DNA of 64,000 nt, from assembly GCA_038999725.1 (NCBI GenBank), contig JAWBWS010000004.1, forward strand, positions 717 to 64,716, written 5' to 3'. The notes under the pieces were generated by a model. The model did no database searches. It had not been told where the DNA came from and saw only the letters and a list, made by a program, of their open reading frames with translations. This document shows, piece by piece, positions 1 to 8,255 of this stretch (its first letter is position 1; every line of letters begins with the position of its first letter). Position numbers and translations under genes: made by a program. This DNA comes from Candidatus Aenigmatarchaeota archaeon (GTDB lineage: Archaea > Aenigmatarchaeota > Aenigmatarchaeia > CG10238-14 > SCSR01).

Positions 1-1660
1 CAGTAATGTTTAAAGTGTAGTTTCCACATTCGCTTGATTTTAATAGCCAAGATATCATCGAGCTTTCATTCTCTCCAATCTCGGCTAAAGTTTTCTGCAG
101 GCCTTCGGCTGCAAATTCTTGTGGGGCTTGCAAGCTAACAAAAACATCAGAAGAGTTTCCATTCATCGAAGTGATAAAAGCTTTAACTTCAAATTCTTCG
201 GAAACATTAACAGAAGAAGGAACTTCTATTTTTTCTATCTTAATTTCAGGTTTTAGCTGAACATTTTCTTCTGAAATTTCAGACAAAACTTCCAAGCTTC
301 CCTCTTCTGTTTCAACCCAATTTCCAGCCAAATCAGAAGCATAGAACTTGAAAGATACAATTCCAGCTGAGTTAACAGTTTTTGTTACATTGCTCCATGC
401 CTCCAAAACATTAAGGTTTGAAGACCAAACAGCCTTTCCAAACCTCTTGACCAAAATCACATGGCTAGGGACAGTTAAATCATAAATCATACCCTTATAA
501 CTTTCTAGATTTATTTGCTTGACATAAATCGGCTTGAGATTTTCATCAAGAAAAGTTATACCATAGCCAGCTTTGGCAAGCTCATAAGCTTTTTCTACTT
601 CAATGAACTTAAATTCACTTAAATCCACACCAAATAAAAAGTCTTTAATTCTTCTAACAAAATCCAAGGGATAATCTATTCTTGCAAAGACTTTGTGGTT
701 TGGCGTCACATGAATGTCAATTTCTCCGTTTATCTTGTAAATCCCGTCATCATAAGGAAGAGCAACTATTCTCAAGGGCTTCTCCCATCTTATTTCACCA
801 GCAGAAAGAACTGCAATTTCATCCTCATAGCTCAAATCTTTGAAATACTTCCACCCATGCCTAGTAAAAACTTTAGTTTCCCCATCATAACTTGAAATGA
901 AAGTATAACTTTCATTTTCCCAAGAACCAGAAGAATTCCAGCTGAAGATCCACCTATCCAAACCGAAATCATCTTGCCAAAAAGCAAAGAACTCTACTTC
1001 TTCCCCAACTTTTGCTTTTTCTCTGCTTGCCCCAAAGAAAGAATAAGAAGGGGCTTTTGAATCTTCCTGAGAGGTTGAGTTGTCGATTTCGACTGTATTA
1101 TTCCACCCTTCAACTAGAGGCATGCTAGTTGTTGTTGATGTGGTTGTTACAGGTTCGACAATTTCCTCTTCAGAAAGCAGAGAAGTAGTTGTTGTCGAAA
1201 TAGGTGTGCTTTCGTCAGTTTCTAAGCTTGAACTTTCATTGTTTTCCCCTTCTACCATCACAAACTGGCCTGAAATGTCTTGTGGATTGCTTACATTGGG
1301 AATATTTAGAAAGCCGGAGAAATTCTGGGCCACTATACCTGCTTGTAAAAGAAGGAGAAAGGCTATTGTGAGAATTACTGCAATCTTTAAACCTTTTTCT
1401 CCCTTTTTTGAAGGACAATCTCCTTCCTCTTGATTCGACACTTTCCTCAAATAGCAAAGCTTTGCCGATCCAATCCTTCTTTCAAAAACTACTTTTTTTC
1501 TAATCAATTCCTTGACATACTTTGCAGAAGTATGTCTATGCAAACCAGAGAGCTTTGCTATAGAACCAATAGTAAGGCCTTCTGGATGCTTCCTAAGCGT
1601 TTCTATAATCTTCTCTCTAGGATCTTCAGCCATCATCCCATGTACACCGGTGTACAACAT
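1..1660 (-). CDS. Membrane-anchored winged-helix regulator-like protein with an extracellular Hint (intein/hedgehog-like) domain; C-terminus runs off the window start
   Basis: The minus-strand frame is open from the window start up to a stop near 1802, with ATG at 1660 (ML YTGVHGMMAEDPREKIIETLRKHPEGLTIGSIAKLSGLHRHTSAKYVKELIRKKVVFERRIG = wHTH). A hydrophobic segment follows (LKIAVILTIAFLLLLQAGIVA), then a Thr/Ser-rich linker (TTTTSLLSEEEIVEPVTTTSTTTS). Hint blocks are present: SYDGETKVF... (N-terminal block), IHVTPNHKVF (TxxH block) and MIYDLTVPSHVILV (C-terminal block). The ORF track missed it because there is no stop inside the window. Confidence 0.6.
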   Translation of the reverse strand, partial: MLYTGVHGMMAEDPREKIIETLRKHPEGLTIGSIAKLSGLHRHTSAKYVKELIRKKVVFERRIGSAKLCYLRKVSNQEEGDCPSKKGEKGLKIAVILTIAFLLLLQAGIVAQNFSGFLNIPNVSNPQDISGQFVMVEGENNESSSLETDESTPISTTTTSLLSEEEIVEPVTTTSTTTSMPLVEGWNNTVEIDNSTSQEDSKAPSYSFFGASREKAKVGEEVEFFAFWQDDFGLDRWIFSWNSSGSWENESYTFISSYDGETKVFTRHGWKYFKDLSYEDEIAVLSAGEIRWEKPLRIVALPYDDGIYKINGEIDIHVTPNHKVFARIDYPLDFVRRIKDFLFGVDLSEFKFIEVEKAYELAKAGYGITFLDENLKPIYVKQINLESYKGMIYDLTVPSHVILVKRFGKAVWSSNLNVLEAWSNVTKTVNSAGIVSFKFYASDLAGNWVETEEGSLEVLSEISEENVQLKPEIKIEKIEVPSSVNVSEEFEVKAFITSMNGNSSDVFVSLQAPQEFAAEGLQKTLAEIGENESSMISWLLKSSECGNYTLNIT

Positions 1661-1785
1661 AGAAAATGTTTGTCGAACCCCATATTTCCTTAAAGAATCT
1701 TTAAAGACATCTTTTTCGACACTTCTTTTTCTTAACTCCAAAAAAGAAGTTAAATCTTTTATATTGTCGAAACTAAAAATTATAT

Positions 1786-2184
1786 GTGGACCTATTAATT
1801 CTCAAAAGAAAAAACAACAATGAAGCACAATTGGAAGAGCTTTTAAGGCAAATGGATACCCAAAGGGCTCAAATGGCAATTGAAATTGAAAAATTAAAGA
1901 ATTTGGGGGAGAAAATCAAAGAAATCGACACTAGATTGAAAGAAATAGAGAAAGTAATTTCTGTAGGTGGCTTTAGGCTTAGAACAAATTCAGTGAGTTC
2001 AAAAACAAAAGAGGCAATAAAAATGATTCTTCAGAAGTACGGTGAACTGACACCCTCCCAACTCAGCAGACTCATCAAACTGTCGAGAACCAGATGTAAC
2101 GAATATCTTAAAGAAATGGAGCACGAAGGTATAACAACCTCAAGAATAGAGAGTCGAAAAAAATACTATAGACTTCGACAATAA
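1786..2184 (+). CDS. Small coiled-coil plus C-terminal wHTH-like DNA-binding protein (hypothetical)
   Basis: 132-aa ORF with GTG start, transcribed divergently from the Hint-domain gene. It has an E/K-rich coiled-coil N-terminus and a C-terminal TPSQLSRLIKLSRTRCNEYLKEMEHEGI segment with a helix-turn-helix look. Confidence 0.4.
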   Translation: MDLLILKRKNNNEAQLEELLRQMDTQRAQMAIEIEKLKNLGEKIKEIDTRLKEIEKVISVGGFRLRTNSVSSKTKEAIKMILQKYGELTPSQLSRLIKLSRTRCNEYLKEMEHEGITTSRIESRKKYYRLRQ

Positions 2185-2222
2185 CCAAATTCCGTTTCGA
2201 CTTCTGTCTGTTTTCATCTCGA

Positions 2223-2774
2223 CTAAATAACCTTTCCCAACAAAATCAAAGATAAAATTCCAATTAAGTTAAGAAAATAAGAGAAATACAAGAATCTTTT
2301 TGTTTCAAATTCACTCAACCCAAATAGAGCAGAACCAATCTCATCTGGTAAGGGAGAAGCTATGATAAAACCGGCTATAACAGGAACTATTTTTCTAAAC
2401 TTTCCGGATAGCCTAATTTCTTTCAGTTTTATTCCACCTTTGCTCATAAGGTCGTCTATTTCTTTCACTAAATTAAATTTAACAAACCTGAATATGAGAT
2501 AGTCACCAAGGACTGCTCCAAAAGCCCCTAAAATTGAAGCCACAAAAGGATTGACAGTTTTAGAGAGAAGGATGAAAACACTTGCCGCCACAGGTGCAGT
2601 TAAACCATAGGTGAAAAAAATTCCAGCAACAAAAGTTCCAAAATAACCTAAACTACTTAAATAGCTTGTGAGCATTTCCCTAGCAAAAACATTCCTCAAA
2701 CTAAAAACAGCTATGAAAGTACTCAAGCCTAAGAAAAACAGATTTTTATACTTGTATCTTATTCTTCTCCTCAT
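2223..2774 (-). CDS. Polytopic membrane protein (possibly DedA/TVP38-like)
   Basis: 183 aa with multiple hydrophobic helices and Gly-rich intramembrane motifs. No closer assignment is possible by eye. Confidence 0.4.
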   Translation of the reverse strand: MRRRIRYKYKNLFFLGLSTFIAVFSLRNVFAREMLTSYLSSLGYFGTFVAGIFFTYGLTAPVAASVFILLSKTVNPFVASILGAFGAVLGDYLIFRFVKFNLVKEIDDLMSKGGIKLKEIRLSGKFRKIVPVIAGFIIASPLPDEIGSALFGLSEFETKRFLYFSYFLNLIGILSLILLGKVI

Positions 2775-2785
2775 TTTTACTTAAT

Positions 2786-4867
2786 TTATTTTTTATTATT
2801 TTTATTGTTCCAATCCTTTTTAGTTTCGCACTTTGGATCTAAACACATCCTAAAAGGTCTTTTCCCCTTTCTAAAAACTTGTATAATTGGGGTTCCACAC
2901 TTCTCACAAATTTTTCCTGTTGCTTGAATACTTGCACTATGAGGTAATGGATAGCCTGTCTCACACTTGGGATAATTGCTGCACCCAACAAAGAAAAAGC
3001 CACTTTTCTTAGACCTCAAAATCCTTAGCTCTCCTGTTTTACAGTTTGGACAATTACCAAGCTTTCTCTCGTCTTCTCTCTTTTCAATCAAAGCTTCCAA
3101 GAGCTTTTTACCAATCTTCTTTTCATTTGCTTTGAATTCTTCCAAAATTTCTTCCAAAGTTTTCTTTGCTTCTTCAACCACTTTTTCCCTTTTCTTCTTG
3201 CCTTGATAAACAAGCTCCATCTCCTCTTCAAATTTTCTAGTAAGCTCTTCAGACAAAATTTTTGGACAAAATTCTTTCAAAGCTTTGACAACAGCTTCTC
3301 CAAGCTTTGTAACTTGAATGCTTTTTCCGCTTATGTAGCCTCTGTCGTAAAGAGTTTGCAAAATTTCCGACCTGGTCGCCCTAGTTCCCAGATTTCTAGC
3401 CTCCATCTCTTTTATTATACTTCCTTGAGAATAGCGAGCAGGAGGTTGAGTTTCTTTTGCTAGCTCTTCTAGCTTTATGACTTTAATAATCTGGCCAACC
3501 TTAAGTTCAGGCAAAATCACCTCTTCCCTCTTCAAGTAAGGCTCATAAATTTTAGTCCATCCTGGCTCTAAAGTTCTTTTGCCAACAAGCAAGAAAGTAT
3601 GGCCAGCAACATCTAAGCTAACAGTGTTAGTTTCTCTTAAAGCCTCATCTCCAAAAGCAGCTAGAGTGCGCCTTGCTATCAAATCATAAATTTTTCTTTG
3701 TTGTGGTGTAAGTTTAGATAAATCAGGAACTTCGTGAGTAGCATACAATGCTGGATGCGCAACATCTTCCTTTTTTCCTTCCACAGGCACGAGTTTCTCT
3801 TTCTTCAAAAGCTCTTCAGCAAATTTCTTGTATTGCGGCAAAGAAGCTAAAGCTTTCAAAATTTTCTCATAATTTATACTCGGAGGCAATTTTTGGCTTG
3901 CTGTCCTGGGGTAGCTCACAAACCCCTGTTGATACAAGCTTTCAGCTATATTCATGGTTTGTTGAGGGGAGAATTTAAACTGCTGGTAAGCTTCAGCTTG
4001 CAAGTCTGTAGTGTTGAATGGAACAGGTGGCGCCTGTTTGTACTTTTTCTTTTTTATATCTTTTACTTTTGCATCTTTACCCTTGCATTCTTGCAATATC
4101 TTGTCAGCATCTTCCTTCTTCCAAATCCTTCCTTTTTCATAGCTAGCAACAGCTTCAGTCCCGTTTATCTTGACGTGAAGCTCAAGCTCCCAGAAAGGCT
4201 TAGGCTTGAATTTCCTGATTTCAAGTTCTCTTTCAAACAGAATTGCTAAAGTTGGCGACTGTACTCTTCCAGAAGACAAAATTGCAAATCCTTTTTCAGC
4301 TGCACTCTTTAAGGCAAGAGTTAAGGCTCTTGTGGTATTAATACCCCAGAGCCAATCAAGTTCATGCCTAGTCAAGCCAGCTTCAAGCTGACCGAAATCT
4401 ATATGGGGCAAAATCTTTTCATAAGCTTCTATCAATTCATCTTTAGTTAAGGTTGAGAACTTCATCCTTTTTGCATCATTTCTGTTAGCTAAAAATCTTA
4501 GCACATTATATCCAATCAATTCACCTTCAGTATCATAATCTGTTGCAACTATGAAATCAGAACCTCTCGATACTATTTTTTTCATAACATCGAAATATTT
4601 CTTGGAAAAGGCAGATTCTTTGCTCACTTCAAAACTTGGCTTCCAAACATAACTAAAAACAGGATACTTCCACGCTTTTTCAACAGGAGCAAGGCTGAAC
4701 AAATGTCCGACAGCACATGCCACTATATATTTTTTCCCTTCTCTTTCAAACTCATAATAAGTTACCTTATTCTCGTCTGTATAGGGCTTGAGACTCTTGT
4801 TTTCTGCTAAAGCTTCTGCTATCCTTCTGGCAGCATCCGGTTTTTCAGCTATTATTACTACAGGCAT
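2786..4867 (-). CDS. topA: DNA topoisomerase I (type IA) with C-terminal zinc ribbons
   Basis: Toprim N-terminus (VVIIAEKPDAARRIAEAL, TDYDTEGELIGYNVL), GRVQSPTL, and the active-site tyrosine context GFVSYPRTASQKL. The C-terminus carries CPNCKTGEL...CSNYPKCETGY and CEKCGTPI...CLDPKC zinc ribbons. Confidence 0.9.
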   Translation of the reverse strand: MPVVIIAEKPDAARRIAEALAENKSLKPYTDENKVTYYEFEREGKKYIVACAVGHLFSLAPVEKAWKYPVFSYVWKPSFEVSKESAFSKKYFDVMKKIVSRGSDFIVATDYDTEGELIGYNVLRFLANRNDAKRMKFSTLTKDELIEAYEKILPHIDFGQLEAGLTRHELDWLWGINTTRALTLALKSAAEKGFAILSSGRVQSPTLAILFERELEIRKFKPKPFWELELHVKINGTEAVASYEKGRIWKKEDADKILQECKGKDAKVKDIKKKKYKQAPPVPFNTTDLQAEAYQQFKFSPQQTMNIAESLYQQGFVSYPRTASQKLPPSINYEKILKALASLPQYKKFAEELLKKEKLVPVEGKKEDVAHPALYATHEVPDLSKLTPQQRKIYDLIARRTLAAFGDEALRETNTVSLDVAGHTFLLVGKRTLEPGWTKIYEPYLKREEVILPELKVGQIIKVIKLEELAKETQPPARYSQGSIIKEMEARNLGTRATRSEILQTLYDRGYISGKSIQVTKLGEAVVKALKEFCPKILSEELTRKFEEEMELVYQGKKKREKVVEEAKKTLEEILEEFKANEKKIGKKLLEALIEKREDERKLGNCPNCKTGELRILRSKKSGFFFVGCSNYPKCETGYPLPHSASIQATGKICEKCGTPIIQVFRKGKRPFRMCLDPKCETKKDWNNKNNKK

Positions 4868-4898
4868 TAAATCAAATTCTACTTGAAAATTTAAAAAC

Positions 4899-6497
4899 CT
4901 ACTTCATCAGAATATTTCTTCTGTCTTCTTCAAGTGATATAAGTTTACTTTCCAAATCAGATATCTTTTTAATCAATTTTTCTATCTCAACATTAATCTC
5001 AGAGCTCTTTAAATCTCGGAAGGTTTCTTTAGGTTCAGGTAACTTAGAAAAGCTCTCTCTAATACTGGCAAAAATTTCATTTGGCATGGCTTCCACCTTC
5101 TTTTCCAATTTTTCCAATTTCTCCTCAACTGAAGAAGATAATTCAGACCTGCTTGCCAATTCTTCCATCCTTTCAGCTAATTTAGCCAGAGCCTTTTGAA
5201 GGCTCTCCATTCTTAAATCAAATTCGGCTTTTCTATTCAAAAGATAGTCTACACTTTCTTTCAAAGAGTTGAGCCTAGAAGAGAGGAATTTTATATCTAT
5301 TTCCGATTTGGTCGATATAATTCCACTAATCTTATCTTTTATTTCTTTTATTTCTTTGCTTGTTTCTGTTCTTAGCTCAGATACCTCAGAAACAACCCTT
5401 TGAATAATTTGGGTTTCAAGTGGTTTTATTCTTTCTTCCAGTCTTTTGATTTCATTTTCTAGACTACCTATCTTTTCTGACTTCACATCAAAATTGGTAA
5501 TTTCATCCTTAAGTTTAGAGACTTCTTCTACAAGAGTTAAAACTTGCTCTGATAGCAATGGCAACACAGATATTTTTTCATCAACTTTTTTCATCATAGA
5601 GGCTTCAATCAATCTTGCTTTTTCTTTCGTTTCATAAATCTTTTCCTCAAGAGAACTTAGACTCTTTTTTATCTCTTCTATAGATTTTGACCTTTCTTCA
5701 GAAAATTCTACCATTGAAGATAGCTCTTCGATTTTCAAGGCAAGCTGAGATAATTTTTCTTTCATAGCATGAAATTCTTCCTCAATTTCCCCTATTTTCT
5801 CGGTTTGTAAAGAACTCTCAAGAAACTTGAGCCTCTCTCTCATCTTGATTATCTCAGTTTTAATTGGGCTCATGTCTTCTCTAGCTCTTTCGATAAGTTT
5901 GAATTTTTCTTCCAGAGCCAAAATTCTATCGCCGAGTTCAATTATCTGTTCGGTTGGCATCAAAATTGAAGATATTTTTTCATTTATTTTTTCAATACTT
6001 TTCTCAAGTCTATTGACGTCGTCTTTCAAAGCAGATTGAAGACTTTTATCTTTCAATTCAGAAATTTCCTCCTCAATTTTCTTGATGACAGAGCTTTCTA
6101 TGGGCTCAATTTTACTTGCTAAGGCTTTTATTTCATCTTCTAGTTTTTTTATCCCCTCTATTTTTGGTACAAAATTCTCAAAATTTTTCATTTTTTCTGA
6201 GATGGCTATAACTTGTTGTGAATTTTCCGTTGCTTTTGAGTTAAGATCTTCCAGGAGTTTTTTGAGTTCAAACCCACCCAAATTTTCAACCATTATCAAA
6301 TCTTCTAACTCATCCAACCTTTCTTTAATTGAGTTGACCGTTTCAACATCAATTGTTTGAAGCAGTTTGAGTTTCTCGTTTATTTCTCCTATGGCTACTT
6401 CTAAGTTAACAAGTCTCTTATCGACTTGAAGAAGAGCAAATTTAAATTTCTCTTCAACTTCTTTTTCCCCCTTTTCTATCCCTTCTGTAGAATCCAA
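4899..6497 (-). CDS. Long E/K-rich coiled-coil protein (structural; function unknown)
   Basis: 532 aa that is almost entirely heptad-like EK-rich sequence (LEEKIYETKEKARLIEASM..., IEELSSMVEFSEERSKSIEEIKK). No ATPase or other catalytic motifs are visible. Confidence 0.6.
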   Translation of the reverse strand: MDSTEGIEKGEKEVEEKFKFALLQVDKRLVNLEVAIGEINEKLKLLQTIDVETVNSIKERLDELEDLIMVENLGGFELKKLLEDLNSKATENSQQVIAISEKMKNFENFVPKIEGIKKLEDEIKALASKIEPIESSVIKKIEEEISELKDKSLQSALKDDVNRLEKSIEKINEKISSILMPTEQIIELGDRILALEEKFKLIERAREDMSPIKTEIIKMRERLKFLESSLQTEKIGEIEEEFHAMKEKLSQLALKIEELSSMVEFSEERSKSIEEIKKSLSSLEEKIYETKEKARLIEASMMKKVDEKISVLPLLSEQVLTLVEEVSKLKDEITNFDVKSEKIGSLENEIKRLEERIKPLETQIIQRVVSEVSELRTETSKEIKEIKDKISGIISTKSEIDIKFLSSRLNSLKESVDYLLNRKAEFDLRMESLQKALAKLAERMEELASRSELSSSVEEKLEKLEKKVEAMPNEIFASIRESFSKLPEPKETFRDLKSSEINVEIEKLIKKISDLESKLISLEEDRRNILMK

Positions 6498-6532
6498 TGT
6501 ATCTCACCTATTTATAATTTTAATTTTTCAAG

Positions 6533-7042
6533 TTATATTCTTTTTTCATACTTGAGCCAAAGAATCCAAGAAGCTAAGATTGCAAAGATTAGGCCAAACT
6601 TCCATAAAAAATCATGGATAAACTCAAAAAGGCTAGATTCAACTAAATAAATATAAGCAGTTAGAGCAATCCTTACTATGTTAAAAAAGAAAATTGAAGG
6701 TAGAGCTACAAGAAGAAAAAATAACTTTTTCTTGAGTTTAATAAAAGGAGTTGCCATTGTTAGAGAAAAAAGAGCATAAAGTGATTTCCAGCCTGTACAA
6801 TCCATGTCTATCTCAACAAAAAATATGGTGAAGTTATTCACTACTTTTAAACTTGAGCCATCTAGGCTTGCTTTTGTTCCAAGAGCCAACAAAAGTTTGT
6901 AAGAAAGAAAAGCCACAAGATTCTGCAAAGGTTTATAGGAGAAATTCAAGTACAGTAAGAGGTAGAGTGGTATTGCAAGCAAATTGAATTTGACCAAAAA
7001 CCAAAAAACTTGTAAAAGTTGTTTTCTAGTTTTCCTTCTCAT
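6533..7042 (-). CDS. Small exosortase/archaeosortase-family-like membrane protein
   Basis: 169-aa polytopic membrane protein with an EIDMDCTGWKSL segment (resembling the Cys-containing CSG-x-x-S signature) and FFFNIVRIALTAY (resembling the N-x-x-R-I/V signature) of the exosortase/archaeosortase family. It is shorter than the ~300 aa of ArtA. Confidence 0.45.
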   Translation of the reverse strand: MRRKTRKQLLQVFWFLVKFNLLAIPLYLLLYLNFSYKPLQNLVAFLSYKLLLALGTKASLDGSSLKVVNNFTIFFVEIDMDCTGWKSLYALFSLTMATPFIKLKKKLFFLLVALPSIFFFNIVRIALTAYIYLVESSLFEFIHDFLWKFGLIFAILASWILWLKYEKRI

Positions 7043-7491
7043 TTTTTCTTCCTCATTATCGCCTTCACAGCATCAACTATACTTTCGCTCTTTCTTTCAA
7101 AAACCCTTTTTACAACATCTTCAAATATTTCCTCCCTTCCAAATTTTCTTAAAACTTCTTCAACCTTTATGAAGATGTTATGGTAATTTCTGAAAGCCCT
7201 CAATGCTGCAGCCAATGCATCTTTTTGGTGAGAATCTTTTACCAACCGTTTGAAATCATTTAAAAGCTTGGCTTTTTCCTTATAACTCATAGATACCTGA
7301 GGATAAAAGGTATCACACCCCAAAACACTTGCAAGCTTCTCCACACCTTTTGGCAAAGGGTTTACATCAGTAGCTATTACCAAAACTTCACCAAATTTCA
7401 AAATATGCTTGATGATTTCTGCACGAGTTGCTTCTTTCTTGCTTGAAAGGTCTAGGATGTTACCTTTCGTGTCCAAAATGGCTATCCCCAC
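7039..7491 (-). CDS. RNase H-fold protein (YqgF/RuvC-like, DUF460-like) putative nuclease
   Basis: MGIAILDTKGNIL...VLVIATDVNP resembles the N-terminal strand–acidic motif of RuvC/YqgF-like resolvases. It overlaps the upstream gene by 4 nt and lies in an operon with the XPF nuclease and Hef helicase. Confidence 0.4.
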   Translation of the reverse strand: MGIAILDTKGNILDLSSKKEATRAEIIKHILKFGEVLVIATDVNPLPKGVEKLASVLGCDTFYPQVSMSYKEKAKLLNDFKRLVKDSHQKDALAAALRAFRNYHNIFIKVEEVLRKFGREEIFEDVVKRVFERKSESIVDAVKAIMRKKK

Positions 7492-7529
7492 AGTTGTACC
7501 TAAGTCAATCCCAACTATTAAATTCCTCT

Positions 7530-8198
7530 TCAGGATTTCACCTCATATTTTTCAGTTAAAATCTTCCTAATTTTTTTGGCAAGCTTTTCTCCAATTCCTT
7601 TCACAGACCTTAACTCATCTTCACCAGCAGAAAAAACTTTTTCCACAGAGCCAAATTTCTCCAGTAGCCTTTTTGACAGAACTGTAGAAATGCCTGGAAT
7701 GCTTGAAACAATAAATTCTTTAATCTTCTCTTTGTCTTCAGGTTTTTTCCCAACTTTAAATGCTAAAGCAAATTTTTTTTCTTCTTGCTCTTTCTTTGCT
7801 ATCCAGTATATTATCTTTGCTGTATCTAGCTCATTCCTCGTGCTTATCAAGCTAATCCCAAAATCTATTACTAAGCTTGCTATTGCTGCCTTCAAAGAAT
7901 TTTCATTTATTTTTCTTGTCGAATAACCTTCCATTAAGATTATTGGCTTTTCAAAATTTTTCTTAAGCTCACTAGCTTGCTCGAAAATTCTACCATCAAT
8001 TATGGAAGAAATGAAATCATCATAAGATTTTCTTTCAATTACAACTCTCTTGCTACAAACAAAATCGCCACACTCGAGGTCCATTTCATTCACTGTAGCT
8101 CCAATTTTCTTCAGGATTTCACCAACCTCACTTTCCCTGTAATCACAAATAACCATAACTTTATCTCTTGAGCTCAAAACCATTTGTTTTTCACCCAC
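7530..8198 (-). CDS. xpf: XPF/ERCC4-family nuclease with C-terminal HhH2 (stand-alone Hef nuclease module)
   Basis: ERCC4 motif ECGDFVCSKRVVIERKSYDDFISS (GDxn-ERKx3-D). C-terminal helix-hairpin-helix: SIPGISTVLSKRLLEKFGSVEKVFSAGEDELRSVKGIGEKLAKKI. Confidence 0.8.
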   Translation of the reverse strand: MGEKQMVLSSRDKVMVICDYRESEVGEILKKIGATVNEMDLECGDFVCSKRVVIERKSYDDFISSIIDGRIFEQASELKKNFEKPIILMEGYSTRKINENSLKAAIASLVIDFGISLISTRNELDTAKIIYWIAKKEQEEKKFALAFKVGKKPEDKEKIKEFIVSSIPGISTVLSKRLLEKFGSVEKVFSAGEDELRSVKGIGEKLAKKIRKILTEKYEVKS

Positions 8199-8255
8199 AT
8201 CATCACTTTCTTCAAATTTCGAATTATTAATTTATAACTCCTAAAGTGGTTAAAT

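Noticed and set aside
1080-1457. Plus-strand ORF 1080–1433 (117 aa) and minus ORF 1236–1457 (73 aa)
   Set aside because: Both lie in the wrong frame or strand inside the long minus-strand wHTH–TM–Hint gene. Their translations are low-complexity with no motifs, whereas the overlapping minus frame gives a coherent multi-domain protein.
1430-1823. Plus-strand ORFs 1430–1693 and 1512–1823
   Set aside because: Antisense to the N-terminal wHTH region of the Hint-domain gene. They are Cys/Phe-rich nonsense without motifs.
2976-4391. Several 60–118-aa plus-strand ORFs inside topA (2976–3206, 3203–3463, 3748–3978, 3893–4249, 4206–4391)
   Set aside because: Antisense to a high-confidence topoisomerase gene. 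They are typical AT-rich antisense ORFs (S/F/L-rich).
4899-6497. Possible CRISPR-like or tandem repeats in the E/K coiled-coil gene
   Set aside because: The periodicity is at the amino-acid heptad level only. No exact direct DNA repeats with regular spacers were seen, so this is not a CRISPR array.
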